Positions 9,281 through 17,613 are shown, counted from the stretch's first letter. The stretch: 45,946 nucleotides of DNA from an uncultured Micavibrio sp. (GCA_964534895.1 CAZHQB010000002.1:1-45946), one strand, 5' to 3'. The notes: generated from the sequence alone by a model not told the origin. Program-made: numbers and translations.

Positions 9281-9640
9281 ATGACTACTCAGAATTTAGC
9301 GGATTTTATGAGTCATGTTGGGGCAGTTGTGTCGGGTGCTGTCATTATGTTTCTAGTTTATTATCTAGTGACAACGATTATTCTTTGCAGAAACAATGAT
9401 ATTGAAATTGTAAGTACTGGTAAAAGTGCATACATTAAAAAAGACGGAAAAAAATATCCGATTACAGATAATGATATTCCAGGTATCGTTACGAATGGGC
9501 CTGGTAAGATTGTTTTGTACAATAATGATTGTCAACAGACCCTAAGAGTTTCTGGTTTTGAGAATGCGGGATTCGATATTATACAGGCTAATGGAATAAC
9601 CTGTATAAATGGCATTAATATTATAGAAATGTTAAGTTGA
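9281..9640 (+). CDS. Hypothetical membrane-anchored protein
   Basis: GGGAG RBS 7 nt upstream of the ATG at 9281. One TM helix. No recognisable domain. Confidence 0.5.
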   Translation: MTTQNLADFMSHVGAVVSGAVIMFLVYYLVTTIILCRNNDIEIVSTGKSAYIKKDGKKYPITDNDIPGIVTNGPGKIVLYNNDCQQTLRVSGFENAGFDIIQANGITCINGINIIEMLS

Positions 9641-9649
9641 GGTAATATT

Positions 9650-10057
9650 ATGAAAATAATAAGTTTAGTTGTCATCGGACTCATCTTGGTGACATTTGCA
9701 GAGAATAGTTTTGCTTCGTCCAAGAAAGTCATGGCTGTCCTTGATAATCTTGCAAAAACAATTGATAAAACAAGGCAACAAAATGCTAATCTTTCATATG
9801 TTAAATTTCAGATGTATGCAAAATTTAACATAACGCAGATTAAGAAAAAATATCAATCTGCATATGGAATCGTTCTCCTTCGTGAGGCCAAAGAAATATG
9901 CCATTGGTCATTAGGGAGAAAAAATGATATCAAATTTATGGATAATTTTGATATGATTCTGCTGGTGGATAAATCGCCAGGTGAACAAGAAAAAATTATT
10001 GAGGACCTGAAAGAAAAGGCAGAATACTGCCATAACAATTTTCAGTCATCAAAATAA
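9650..10057 (+). CDS. Hypothetical secreted protein
   Basis: N-terminal signal-peptide-like segment (MKIISLVVIGLILVTFAENSFA). Starts 9 nt after the upstream stop. Confidence 0.55.
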   Translation: MKIISLVVIGLILVTFAENSFASSKKVMAVLDNLAKTIDKTRQQNANLSYVKFQMYAKFNITQIKKKYQSAYGIVLLREAKEICHWSLGRKNDIKFMDNFDMILLVDKSPGEQEKIIEDLKEKAEYCHNNFQSSK

Positions 10058-10064
10058 ATTTACG

Positions 10065-10096
10065 CCAGTTAGTTTAAGATAAACTAACTGGTTTTT
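10065..10096 (+). terminator. Rho-independent terminator
   Basis: 11-bp stem ccagttagttt/aaactaactgg with loop aagat, followed by TTTTT. Confidence 0.7.
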
Positions 10097-10107
10097 ATTT
10101 TTATTGG

Positions 10108-10152
10108 CACATCTTTGCTTTATGTAGCGACAGGTTTGAAACTTGTCGCTAC
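10108..10152. repeat. REP-like palindrome, family A, copy A2
   Basis: gtagcgacaggtttgaaacttgtcgctac at 10124-10152, with the conserved 5' flank cacatctttgctttat. It ends 3 nt from the rtcB stop codon. Confidence 0.85.
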
Positions 10153-10155
10153 TTT

Positions 10156-11658
10156 TTAATAAACAATAACACTAACAGGTTGCATTTTAGCTACAACTTT
10201 TGCTATTCCATTTGCTTCTACTCCTTCTATTACACGATTTATGTTTTTGTATCTTGCGCTGTCTTGATTTAGTACAATATTTGATTTTGCATTGTATAGA
10301 TGTACTCCTTTTTCTTCCATTTTTGCAAATAATTCATCTTTGTTTTTAATACTTTTTTCATCGCTGTTAATTCCTTTTCCTGTGCCGTGTGGTGCTGAGT
10401 AAAAACTTTCTGCGTTGTCATCTGTGCCTACGCAAATAAAAGCGTCTGTACTCATAGATGATGGGATAAATGCAGGTTCACCTATGTCTTTATATAGAGA
10501 ATGGTGTCCCATACGACTTGGTCCATAAGCTCTGGAAGTATTTGAACGGTGTACCCAGACATCTTTGTTAAAGTGATTTTCTTTTGTTATTGATATGTGG
10601 GGCATATCATATATTAAGTCCATATCAGCATCACGATTTAGGGTTTGTTTAATTGTTTTTGCTATATTGTGTGTAATAGTTGTTCGGTTAGATGTACCAA
10701 AATTGGACGCTGCAGCACGTGCTGTCATATATAATTCTCCATCTGGTCCGTTTGCATCATATTTGAGCAAGGAATCATCACCAGCCATATGTTTTTTGAT
10801 AGCTTCTTGCATTTCATTGTACACATCTTTTTTTCTGGAATTAAAAGTCATTTTTCCCAGTGTAACCATGAGAGATTGTGAAAGATGTTCACGCTTTTTG
10901 GCTGTGTGTGTATACATTGTATATTGTCCCAAGATACCAGAACCAGTATGTATCATGAATAAGTACTGACCTTTTTCGATACCCATTTTTTTTGCTTTTT
11001 CTTCATCCACAATATCAGAGACTTTCATAAGGTCTAAGAAGTGATTTCCGGCAGCACCTAGTATACCAAGTCGATATTTTGCCATGTGTAAATATAATTT
11101 TGGTATTACATCAAAAATATCCTGACGCGACATTTTTTTATCAAAAAAATTTCCTCCATTTTGTGTATTCTCTAACTCATTTTTAGTACGGATACCTAGA
11201 TGTTCAATTATAGCAGATGTTCCTTTGCGACAAATATCAACTACCACATCAAATGGTACATAGGTACCCAAGTATGTTTTTGTGGGTACAGTACTAACGA
11301 GTTGTTTAAAAAGCATTTGAATTTCATCATCATCAATGTTGTTTTCATGCAAGTTGGTTTTTAGAAGCCTCATTCCACAGTTTGGATCTGAGTCATTTAC
11401 TTGGGGTAAAATATATTTATCAGATACAATTGTGGTGCCAGATGCATTTTTGCGTCCTGGTTTTGATGTGATATCGGGTAGTGATGCGGTGTGGCGGAAT
11501 AGCCCTTCATTTGATCCGATGTCTTCCACTTTTGCAAAAGTTTCATCATTTGGAAATAAATCTTTACTCATAAAAAACCGTGAAGGCACAGTCATTTTAT
11601 TAGTTTTGAATTCTGATTGATGTTCGGATATTTTTTTGATATTTTTGATATATTTCAT
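10156..11658 (-). CDS. rtcB: RtcB-family RNA ligase (divergent)
   Basis: RtcB active-site landmarks occur in order: DPNCGM, GNHFLDL, IHTGSG, TITHN, SAPHGTGKG. Confidence 0.75.
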   Translation of the reverse strand: MKYIKNIKKISEHQSEFKTNKMTVPSRFFMSKDLFPNDETFAKVEDIGSNEGLFRHTASLPDITSKPGRKNASGTTIVSDKYILPQVNDSDPNCGMRLLKTNLHENNIDDDEIQMLFKQLVSTVPTKTYLGTYVPFDVVVDICRKGTSAIIEHLGIRTKNELENTQNGGNFFDKKMSRQDIFDVIPKLYLHMAKYRLGILGAAGNHFLDLMKVSDIVDEEKAKKMGIEKGQYLFMIHTGSGILGQYTMYTHTAKKREHLSQSLMVTLGKMTFNSRKKDVYNEMQEAIKKHMAGDDSLLKYDANGPDGELYMTARAAASNFGTSNRTTITHNIAKTIKQTLNRDADMDLIYDMPHISITKENHFNKDVWVHRSNTSRAYGPSRMGHHSLYKDIGEPAFIPSSMSTDAFICVGTDDNAESFYSAPHGTGKGINSDEKSIKNKDELFAKMEEKGVHLYNAKSNIVLNQDSARYKNINRVIEGVEANGIAKVVAKMQPVSVIVY

Positions 11659-11673
11659 AATCTATCTTGATTT

Positions 11674-11702
11674 GTAGTGACAGGTTTTAAGCTTGTCCCT
11701 AC
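11674..11702. repeat. REP-like palindrome, family A, copy A3 (degenerate)
   Basis: gtagtgacaggttttaagcttgtccctac, lying between the RAYT stop and the rtcB start. Confidence 0.75.
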
Positions 11703-11710
11703 TGTTAAAA

Positions 11711-12196
11711 TTAAATGTTATATTTATCTTTGTTCCACTGTCTAGGGTTAATCATAATATATTCTCGGATTTTATTCAATGATTCATCCTTTCTAATTAT
11801 ATGGTCATAAAATGAGCGTTGCCATTGAAATTTGTTTGTTGGGTTAGTATCGTTAATTTTTCTGGATGAAAATGTTTTAAATCCTCGTATTATTTCAGAT
11901 AATCCATGTGTTGTAGGGACAGGTTTCAAACCTGTCCCTACGTTGTCATTTATTTCAATGATAACGTGAACATGGTTTGGCATAATTATGTATTCATCTA
12001 TATTTATATTATTATAGTGATTTGGTAAATTGGTTAAAACATCTTGTGCAATATTGCCATATTCATTTAATATCATCTTTTCATCAATTATTTTTCCGAA
12101 AAAATGTCTTTTATTTTTTGTGCAAATTGTTATGAAATACATGCCGTTTTGTGAATAATCGTAATTTGATAGTCTGGTTTTCTTGCGATGTTTCAT
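11711..12196 (-). CDS. REP-associated tyrosine transposase (RAYT; IS200/IS605-like Y1 HUH family)
   Basis: N-terminus RLSNYDYSQNGMYFITICTKNKRHFFG, HUH motif MPNHVHVII, Tyr motif QRSFYDHIIR. The start is taken at MKHRKK (12196). The listed longer ORF reads through the upstream palindrome. Confidence 0.8.
   Translation of the reverse strand: MKHRKKTRLSNYDYSQNGMYFITICTKNKRHFFGKIIDEKMILNEYGNIAQDVLTNLPNHYNNINIDEYIIMPNHVHVIIEINDNVGTGLKPVPTTHGLSEIIRGFKTFSSRKINDTNPTNKFQWQRSFYDHIIRKDESLNKIREYIMINPRQWNKDKYNI
11913..11941. repeat. REP-like palindrome, family A, copy A4 (inside the RAYT CDS)
   Basis: gtagggacaggtttcaaacctgtccctac, identical 29/29 to A5. It encodes VGTGLKPVPT. Confidence 0.85.
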
Positions 12197-12208
12197 ATAA
12201 ATAATATT

Positions 12209-12237
12209 GTAGGGACAGGTTTCAAACCTGTCCCTAC
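12209..12237. repeat. REP-like palindrome, family A, copy A5
   Basis: gtagggacaggtttcaaacctgtccctac, lying between the GT4 stop (12252) and the RAYT start (12196). Confidence 0.85.
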
Positions 12238-12251
12238 GATTGAAATGATTA

Positions 12252-13424
12252 CTAATTGTAAATATTTTGATATTGACTTGCTGTGTTTTTGATATTAAAT
12301 GTTTGGTGGGCAAAATCGTATGCATTTTCGCCTAATGCTTTTCTTTTTTGTTCATTTTTTGCTAAGTCTAGTATTGCACTTGCTAATTCTTCTGAATTAT
12401 TTTGTTTTACTATTACATTTATTTTTTCATTGCTAAATTCTTTGAATAATTCTAAATCAGATGCAATTACTGGTTTTTTGCATGCGTAAGGTTCTATCAT
12501 AGCTAAGGGAACATCAAATTTGCCAGCCATATTTGTGACGGGGAATATCACAGTGTCAGACATATTATAAACAGCATTAACATCTGGGAATGTGTCTGTA
12601 AAAGCAACTTTGTCAATGTGTCCTGCATCTGTAATTTTTTTGATGACCTCTTGTTTTTTCTTTGCATCGGCTTTGTTCTTTATGCGACACGCACATAAAT
12701 ATTTTATGTGAGAATTGTCTGGATTTTGCCAGAGTTGGATAAATGTGTCTACTATTAAATCAGTAGCACCAAGTCGCACAAATTCACCTGGATAGGTGAC
12801 TACAAAATTTTTATCTGTTATATTCCATTTTTTCATCAATTTTGCGTCTTTTGAAGCTGGTACAAATTTTCTAAAATTAAATCCTGGATAAATTTGTGCT
12901 ACATTATTAAATCCTAAATTCTCTAATTTAGTTTTTGCCCATTTGGAGTAGGTGACTATTGTGTCGCCAAACATAAATTTTTTGATTTCAGTATCAGAAT
13001 ATATATCTTTACGAAGAGTAGCAACAGTTTGAATTGATTTTGTGTTGGAATTTTTGATGCATAGATTAATGGCAAGGCTATTGAGTCGTGCTGGTGTAAA
13101 CATATAATGAATAATATCAAATTTTTTTCTACTTATTATTTGAAATATAAATGAATAAATTTTTTGTAGAAGTGAAAAATGATTATCTGTATAAATTTTT
13201 TGTTGAGTGATGTGGCTGGGAATATTGTCAATATATTTATCAACTAAAATTGTAATATCTTGATTTGTGGTATTGCACGCCAAATCATAGGCAAAATTTT
13301 TACTAGCTTCATCCCAAGGAGGAGAAAGTGGGCGAGTGACGAATAATATCTTTTTTTGTGGTGCAGAGACTAAGTCACTAGGTCTAGTTACATGGTCTCT
13401 GTGTAGATTTGTGTTACTTGACAT
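12252..13424 (-). CDS. Glycosyltransferase family 4 (GT-B)
   Basis: 390 aa. KKILFVTRP near the N-terminus and a GT4-like C-terminal half. The N-terminal 22 aa overlap a family C repeat. Confidence 0.8.
   Translation of the reverse strand: MSSNTNLHRDHVTRPSDLVSAPQKKILFVTRPLSPPWDEASKNFAYDLACNTTNQDITILVDKYIDNIPSHITQQKIYTDNHFSLLQKIYSFIFQIISRKKFDIIHYMFTPARLNSLAINLCIKNSNTKSIQTVATLRKDIYSDTEIKKFMFGDTIVTYSKWAKTKLENLGFNNVAQIYPGFNFRKFVPASKDAKLMKKWNITDKNFVVTYPGEFVRLGATDLIVDTFIQLWQNPDNSHIKYLCACRIKNKADAKKKQEVIKKITDAGHIDKVAFTDTFPDVNAVYNMSDTVIFPVTNMAGKFDVPLAMIEPYACKKPVIASDLELFKEFSNEKINVIVKQNNSEELASAILDLAKNEQKRKALGENAYDFAHQTFNIKNTASQYQNIYN
13365..13400. repeat. Palindromic repeat, family C, copy C1 (degenerate, inside a CDS)
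   Basis: agagactaagtcactaggtctagttacatggtctct. It shares the flank gtgcagagac...catggtctct with C2 and has 6 internal mismatches. Confidence 0.65.
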
Positions 13425-13525
13425 AATGTATAATATATGATACAGTTAAGCGTTATATTTCATTGTGAAGTATAACATATTTTGTTGTTTTAGAATATAA
13501 TATATAGATTTAAGAGGAGGAGATT

Positions 13526-13756
13526 ATGGAGAAGGTTATAAAGTATACTTTATTTCCTACCTATTGCATGATCATGTTGCTCATATATTTTTGCGAGCGA
13601 CAACATTTAGAAAGTATGTGTTATACTATGTTTTGTATGTCAGTTTTTGTGATTTTTATTTTTATAGATCATTATACGGATAAAATCATCGCGGAGATTC
13701 GCAAAACTCAACCTAAAGTCAAAGAGGAGAAGGAATATGAGCATCTTTCAACTTGA
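13526..13756 (+). CDS. Hypothetical small membrane protein
   Basis: Strong RBS (aagaggaggagatt before the ATG). Two hydrophobic helices. Confidence 0.5.
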   Translation: MEKVIKYTLFPTYCMIMLLIYFCERQHLESMCYTMFCMSVFVIFIFIDHYTDKIIAEIRKTQPKVKEEKEYEHLST

Positions 13757-13958
13757 TTATTTGTTGCCAATATTGATTGCAATATTGGTTGTATTTATAT
13801 GGGGTTTTTATATTTTAGCAAAAAAGACGTTTAAAAAAATCCCATGGGAGTTTGTTGGGATTTTGGTAAAGAGTTTTTTTGCCACTATTTTAAAAATTTG
13901 GAAGAAAAATCTGCCGAAAATGTGGTTGGCAGAATACAATAGGAGGAGAAAAAAATGA
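13737..13958 (+). CDS. Hypothetical small membrane protein
   Basis: RBS gaggagaagg lies upstream of the ATG. One TM helix and a basic C-terminus. The stop overlaps the next ATG (ATGA). Confidence 0.5.
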   Translation: MSIFQLDYLLPILIAILVVFIWGFYILAKKTFKKIPWEFVGILVKSFFATILKIWKKNLPKMWLAEYNRRRKK

Positions 13959-14307
13959 AGAAAAAATTTCGCCCGATTGTGTATATTGATGACCTTAAAG
14001 GTCGTGGGGGACAAAGGAATTTGATGGCAGTAAAACAGATGAATTCCGGATCCACACAAAAGACATTTGTGGATTCGGAAAGTCTTGTACGGATCTAGGA
14101 ATCTTTCCGAGATATGAAGAATGCAATTTGCGATATAATTTGCATTGCATATTTCCATTCAGCAACGAGTTGCAAGTAGTGTTGAATGAATTTGTTGAAA
14201 ATTCAGATTACTTCGGCTATTGTGAATTTGTCCTTCAGGGCATGTCAAATGGCAAACAAAAGGATAAATTTGCAGCAGAAGTAAGGAGAGAAAAACTTCT
14301 CATTTAA
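13955..14307 (+). pseudogene. Hypothetical gene split by a 1-nt frame break at a G5 run
   Basis: Strong RBS (taggaggag) and ATG at 13955 give only a 47-codon ORF ending at 14098. The -1 frame is open from 13999 to 14307 but has no early start codon. One extra G in the run at 14006-14010 would fuse them into a ~117-aa ORF. Confidence 0.35.
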
Positions 14308-14425
14308 TTGAATATGAGCAGTATGCAAATTTGTGTGCTACTCTTTTTTTGTCTTTTCTCTATAACCTTAGTATTATCACCAATATTTACTACTATTTTT
14401 ATATTTTGATTATTAAATGTGGTGC

Positions 14426-14461
14426 AGAGACCAGGTCGCTAAGTCTAGCGACATGGTCTCT
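14426..14461. repeat. Palindromic repeat, family C, copy C2
   Basis: agagaccaggtcgctaagtctagcgacatggtctct, between convergent genes. It is followed by TTTTT and probably also acts as a terminator. Confidence 0.8.
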
Positions 14462-14467
14462 TTTTGA

Positions 14468-14821
14468 TTATTTTTTTTCAATTTGTTTATTACTATTATT
14501 ATGTGTAACTATAATTTTGATAGGGGAAGTATTTTGTTGTTTTTTTAATTCTATTAATTTTCTCTCGTCTTTTTTTATTTCTACATCTTTAGCATCTTTT
14601 GTCTCACCATTTAGTATAATTTCGTAGTGAAACGTTGCATCGGATTTTGTTTTGTTGTCAATTACGAAGCGGTTGTCTGAATTGGTCAGGGGTGCGATAA
14701 AATAGATGCTCCAAAAGTTTTGATTTTTACTCCGTTGGTCTTTTTCTGTTTGTGCCAAAAATAGCATACTTGCAGTAAGTGTGATAATGACTGTTAAAAT
14801 TATGATGTATTGGGATTTCAT
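14468..14821 (-). CDS. Hypothetical membrane-anchored protein
   Basis: 117 aa with an N-terminal TM helix and then a soluble beta-rich-looking domain. It lies downstream of the large membrane protein gene. Confidence 0.55.
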   Translation of the reverse strand: MKSQYIIILTVIITLTASMLFLAQTEKDQRSKNQNFWSIYFIAPLTNSDNRFVIDNKTKSDATFHYEIILNGETKDAKDVEIKKDERKLIELKKQQNTSPIKIIVTHNNSNKQIEKK

Positions 14822-14868
14822 TTTTTAGTATGTTAGTAATTATTAGGGTAGTGAGTAGTAATGTATTT

Positions 14869-14897
14869 GTAGTGATAGGTTTGAAACCTGTCACTAC
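14869..14897. repeat. REP-like palindrome, family A, copy A6
   Basis: gtagtgataggtttgaaacctgtcactac. It ends 3 nt from the stop of the 14901 gene. Confidence 0.85.
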
Positions 14898-14900
14898 ATT

Positions 14901-16889
14901 TTATTTGCGGACAAATACACTTAGTTCATTGTTTTGATATATTCTGTAAAAAATATCATTATTTAGGAATTGTCCAGCGTCTTCTGTTGTGTTTACTATT
15001 ACAGCGTGTACATTTAAGTTTTCAAAGCACTTAGTAGCAAAGTCGCTTTTTGGATTGCTTATCATTTCTCTAGTGCAAGTTTCTTTATCTGGATGAGTTT
15101 CGTACCTTTTGAAATAACTGCGGGAGAGTGGAAAGGAATAATCATAAGCATAAAAAACTTTGAGCCATGTGTCAGATACTATGTAATTGTGGTCTTTTAT
15201 AATCCAAAACTTGTTGGTTAGGATTTGTTTTTTGAATACTTTACTTGTGTAGTCACCTGTGTGAAAAGTCTGAAGTGCTTGATTTGTTTTTGGTTTGTCG
15301 TTCATACTTGTAGCGTTGTCACGTACTCCACTTACAAAGGTAAATGTGATAACTGCAAACAAAAAAGTTGTTATCAAAAACTGGGGAAGTGCTAGTTTTT
15401 TGTTTTTGGAAATTATGTGAATAGTCCAAATAATTGCAAGTCCAGATAAAATTGCTAGGGGGAATGCTGCGTAAGTTGCAATTCTGGTGGAGATGATATT
15501 GACTTTTAAATATTGTGGAACTGTTGACATAAGTAGTATCGCCCAACCCCATCCTAGCAAAAAAGCTGTTGCATAGGTATTGGTAGGTATGTTTTTTTTG
15601 CCAAGATGTGCAAATTTACCAAATCGCTTGAGTAGTGCAAATCCAGATAACATTAACAGTCCAATAACACCAAAAACAAAACGTGCACTTCCGAGCATAT
15701 ACATAAGTTGTTCAAATGGCACACCTGTGCGAGTAGATTTGGATGGCGTTCCGATGGATGAGGTAACTGCATCGCGGTTTAAGTACGAAGGTGGTGCGAT
15801 GAAAAAAAGTAGTCCAATAGACAAAATCAGTAGAGGTATGACATATGGATTTTTAAGTAAAGTAAAAAGTTTTTTGTAGCCATCCCAGCCGTCTTTTTGC
15901 AATACAATAAAACCAAGCAAACTAAATATGAAAGTATAACCAAATATAAGAGTACTAAGATGGTGTGTGTAGGCTAATCCTGTTAGTAGTAAAATTGCAC
16001 CAACTAATAATGTAGATTTTTTTTCTTTGAATGCACGATATACAAAATATATAACAGCAGGAATAAGTAAATTACCTATAACATTTCCAACAACTCCACC
16101 GCTGACAAATTTTGTGCCAGCACCACTGATAGTCCAAAGAGGTCCGATAAAAAGAAGTGTGAGAATTGCTACGTGTGTGCCATAGCGATAGCGTTCAAAT
16201 AACCTGCGTGAAAGTATAAATAACATCAAAACACTAAAGATGTTTATAACAAAAAGTACAAGGGAAGGAAATGTGCTTACCACAGATTGCCCAGTAAAAG
16301 TTTTTACTACTGCAAAAATAATATGTTCACCTTCTATGAAATCTGCGATGTCTTGTGGTTGGCTAAAGGTGGGAGTGTTATCATTTGTTTCCAATTCAAT
16401 TTTTTTGTAATCTGGGAGCTTTTGGTCTGTGGTAATTTTTTGAACCCAAAACATATGATGTCCTAGATCAGTTGCAGTAGGGAAGATTGTATTTATGAGA
16501 AATAGTCCTTTTGCAACAATAGTAAAAATAATTAACAATGCAATTAAGACGGTTTGAATTTTGGAAAAAGTAAAGATTGTCGTAGTGGACGGACATGTCC
16601 GTCCACTACATTTGTGTTTAATAAAAATAGCAAAAACAAAAAATTGCAAAGTTACAACTGATATTGTAATGAGTAAGCTCTGCTGAGTAAGTAAGACGTT
16701 AAATAAGTCTAATAAGATAACGCAAAGAGTGATAATTGCAAAACTTATAGGCACGCTCAAGACAAATCTCTCAAAAGTGCTAAAAAAATCTTTGTGAAAA
16801 ACCGCACGCAAAAAGGCGTATCCTGGTAAAAATAAAAGCGCAAAAGTGACACTCAAGAAAAATAACTGTTGTGATAAAAATTCGTTCAT
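14901..16889 (-). CDS. Large polytopic membrane protein, probable GT-C-type glycosyltransferase (function tentative)
   Basis: 662 aa with more than 12 TM helices and a C-terminal soluble domain. Its context is an envelope glycosylation locus. It contains an in-frame family B palindrome. Confidence 0.55.
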   Translation of the reverse strand: MNEFLSQQLFFLSVTFALLFLPGYAFLRAVFHKDFFSTFERFVLSVPISFAIITLCVILLDLFNVLLTQQSLLITISVVTLQFFVFAIFIKHKCSGRTCPSTTTIFTFSKIQTVLIALLIIFTIVAKGLFLINTIFPTATDLGHHMFWVQKITTDQKLPDYKKIELETNDNTPTFSQPQDIADFIEGEHIIFAVVKTFTGQSVVSTFPSLVLFVINIFSVLMLFILSRRLFERYRYGTHVAILTLLFIGPLWTISGAGTKFVSGGVVGNVIGNLLIPAVIYFVYRAFKEKKSTLLVGAILLLTGLAYTHHLSTLIFGYTFIFSLLGFIVLQKDGWDGYKKLFTLLKNPYVIPLLILSIGLLFFIAPPSYLNRDAVTSSIGTPSKSTRTGVPFEQLMYMLGSARFVFGVIGLLMLSGFALLKRFGKFAHLGKKNIPTNTYATAFLLGWGWAILLMSTVPQYLKVNIISTRIATYAAFPLAILSGLAIIWTIHIISKNKKLALPQFLITTFLFAVITFTFVSGVRDNATSMNDKPKTNQALQTFHTGDYTSKVFKKQILTNKFWIIKDHNYIVSDTWLKVFYAYDYSFPLSRSYFKRYETHPDKETCTREMISNPKSDFATKCFENLNVHAVIVNTTEDAGQFLNNDIFYRIYQNNELSVFVRK
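16582..16609. repeat. REP-like palindrome, family B, copy B1 (inside a CDS)
   Basis: gtagtggacggacatgtccgtccactac, translated as CSGRTCPSTTT. Confidence 0.85.
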
Positions 16890-16905
16890 AAAAATAATTG
16901 GTATA

Positions 16906-16934
16906 TTGACATATAGTTAAAGTCTATGTATAGT
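16906..16934 (+). promoter_or_regulatory. Sigma70-like promoter
   Basis: TTGACA (16906-16911), 17-nt spacer, TATAGT (16929-16934), upstream of the 17014 gene. Confidence 0.5.
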
Positions 16935-17013
16935 AAAATATCAGTTCGTTAACAATAATTATCTAGTGATATTGTATCACTTTTTTTTAAAAAACAATAG
17001 GGAGGAGTAAGGA

Positions 17014-17613
17014 ATGGATTATATGAAAGAGATTGTGAATTTTGTGGAAAATAGCAATGTATTAATTATAATAATGCTGTTGTTGTGTGTTATGAGTGTT
17101 CAATTTGTATTTTTGTCTCAAAAATATAATAAATTGAAAAGTGATATTGAGGATGCTTATATAACTCAGCTAAGAGAAAAGATAGAATGGCTGTTGAGTG
17201 AATTTGTTGTGGTGTTAGAAGAAATTCCATCACAACTTCGATTTAATGAAACAGATACTAAAAAATTTTTTATTGAATTGGGAAGCATTAATGAAAATGT
17301 TAAGGTTGTTACAAAAAGTGGGTTGTTGTTGCCTCAGAAAGCATTCTGGGCATTTGAGATGTATAATTCATATATATTAAACAATTTTGGATATACATTT
17401 GCTCAAGAAAAAACATCTTTTGCTCTACTTAGAAGATTTTGTGATCAAGTACAAAGTCTTGCTGGTGTAGATGATGTAATTGTAATGCTTCAATTTTTGA
17501 AGCGTGGAAATGGAACATTGGAGAAAAATTTTCAAGAAGCTAAGACTTTATTAACAGAATTTGGGGAAATTCCAAACAAGTTTATAGAAAAAAGGAGGGA
17601 TAATAATGTTTGA
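17014..17613 (+). CDS. Hypothetical protein with N-terminal TM helix
   Basis: RBS gggaggag upstream of the ATG. 199 aa, helical-looking. No recognisable motif. Confidence 0.5.
   Translation: MDYMKEIVNFVENSNVLIIIMLLLCVMSVQFVFLSQKYNKLKSDIEDAYITQLREKIEWLLSEFVVVLEEIPSQLRFNETDTKKFFIELGSINENVKVVTKSGLLLPQKAFWAFEMYNSYILNNFGYTFAQEKTSFALLRRFCDQVQSLAGVDDVIVMLQFLKRGNGTLEKNFQEAKTLLTEFGEIPNKFIEKRRDNNV

Larger units (their letters stand above)
11674..12237 (-). mobile_element. REPtron-like unit: RAYT gene bounded by family A palindromes
   Basis: The HUH/Y1 transposase CDS has REP copies 12 nt upstream of its ATG, 8 nt downstream of its stop, and one inside the ORF. Confidence 0.7.

Noticed and set aside
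13808-14627. ORFs 13808-14158(-) and 14331-14627(+).
   Set aside because: The first is antisense to three SD-led plus-strand small genes. The second runs through the family C repeat and overlaps the more plausible 14468-14821(-) gene. Both have odd composition.
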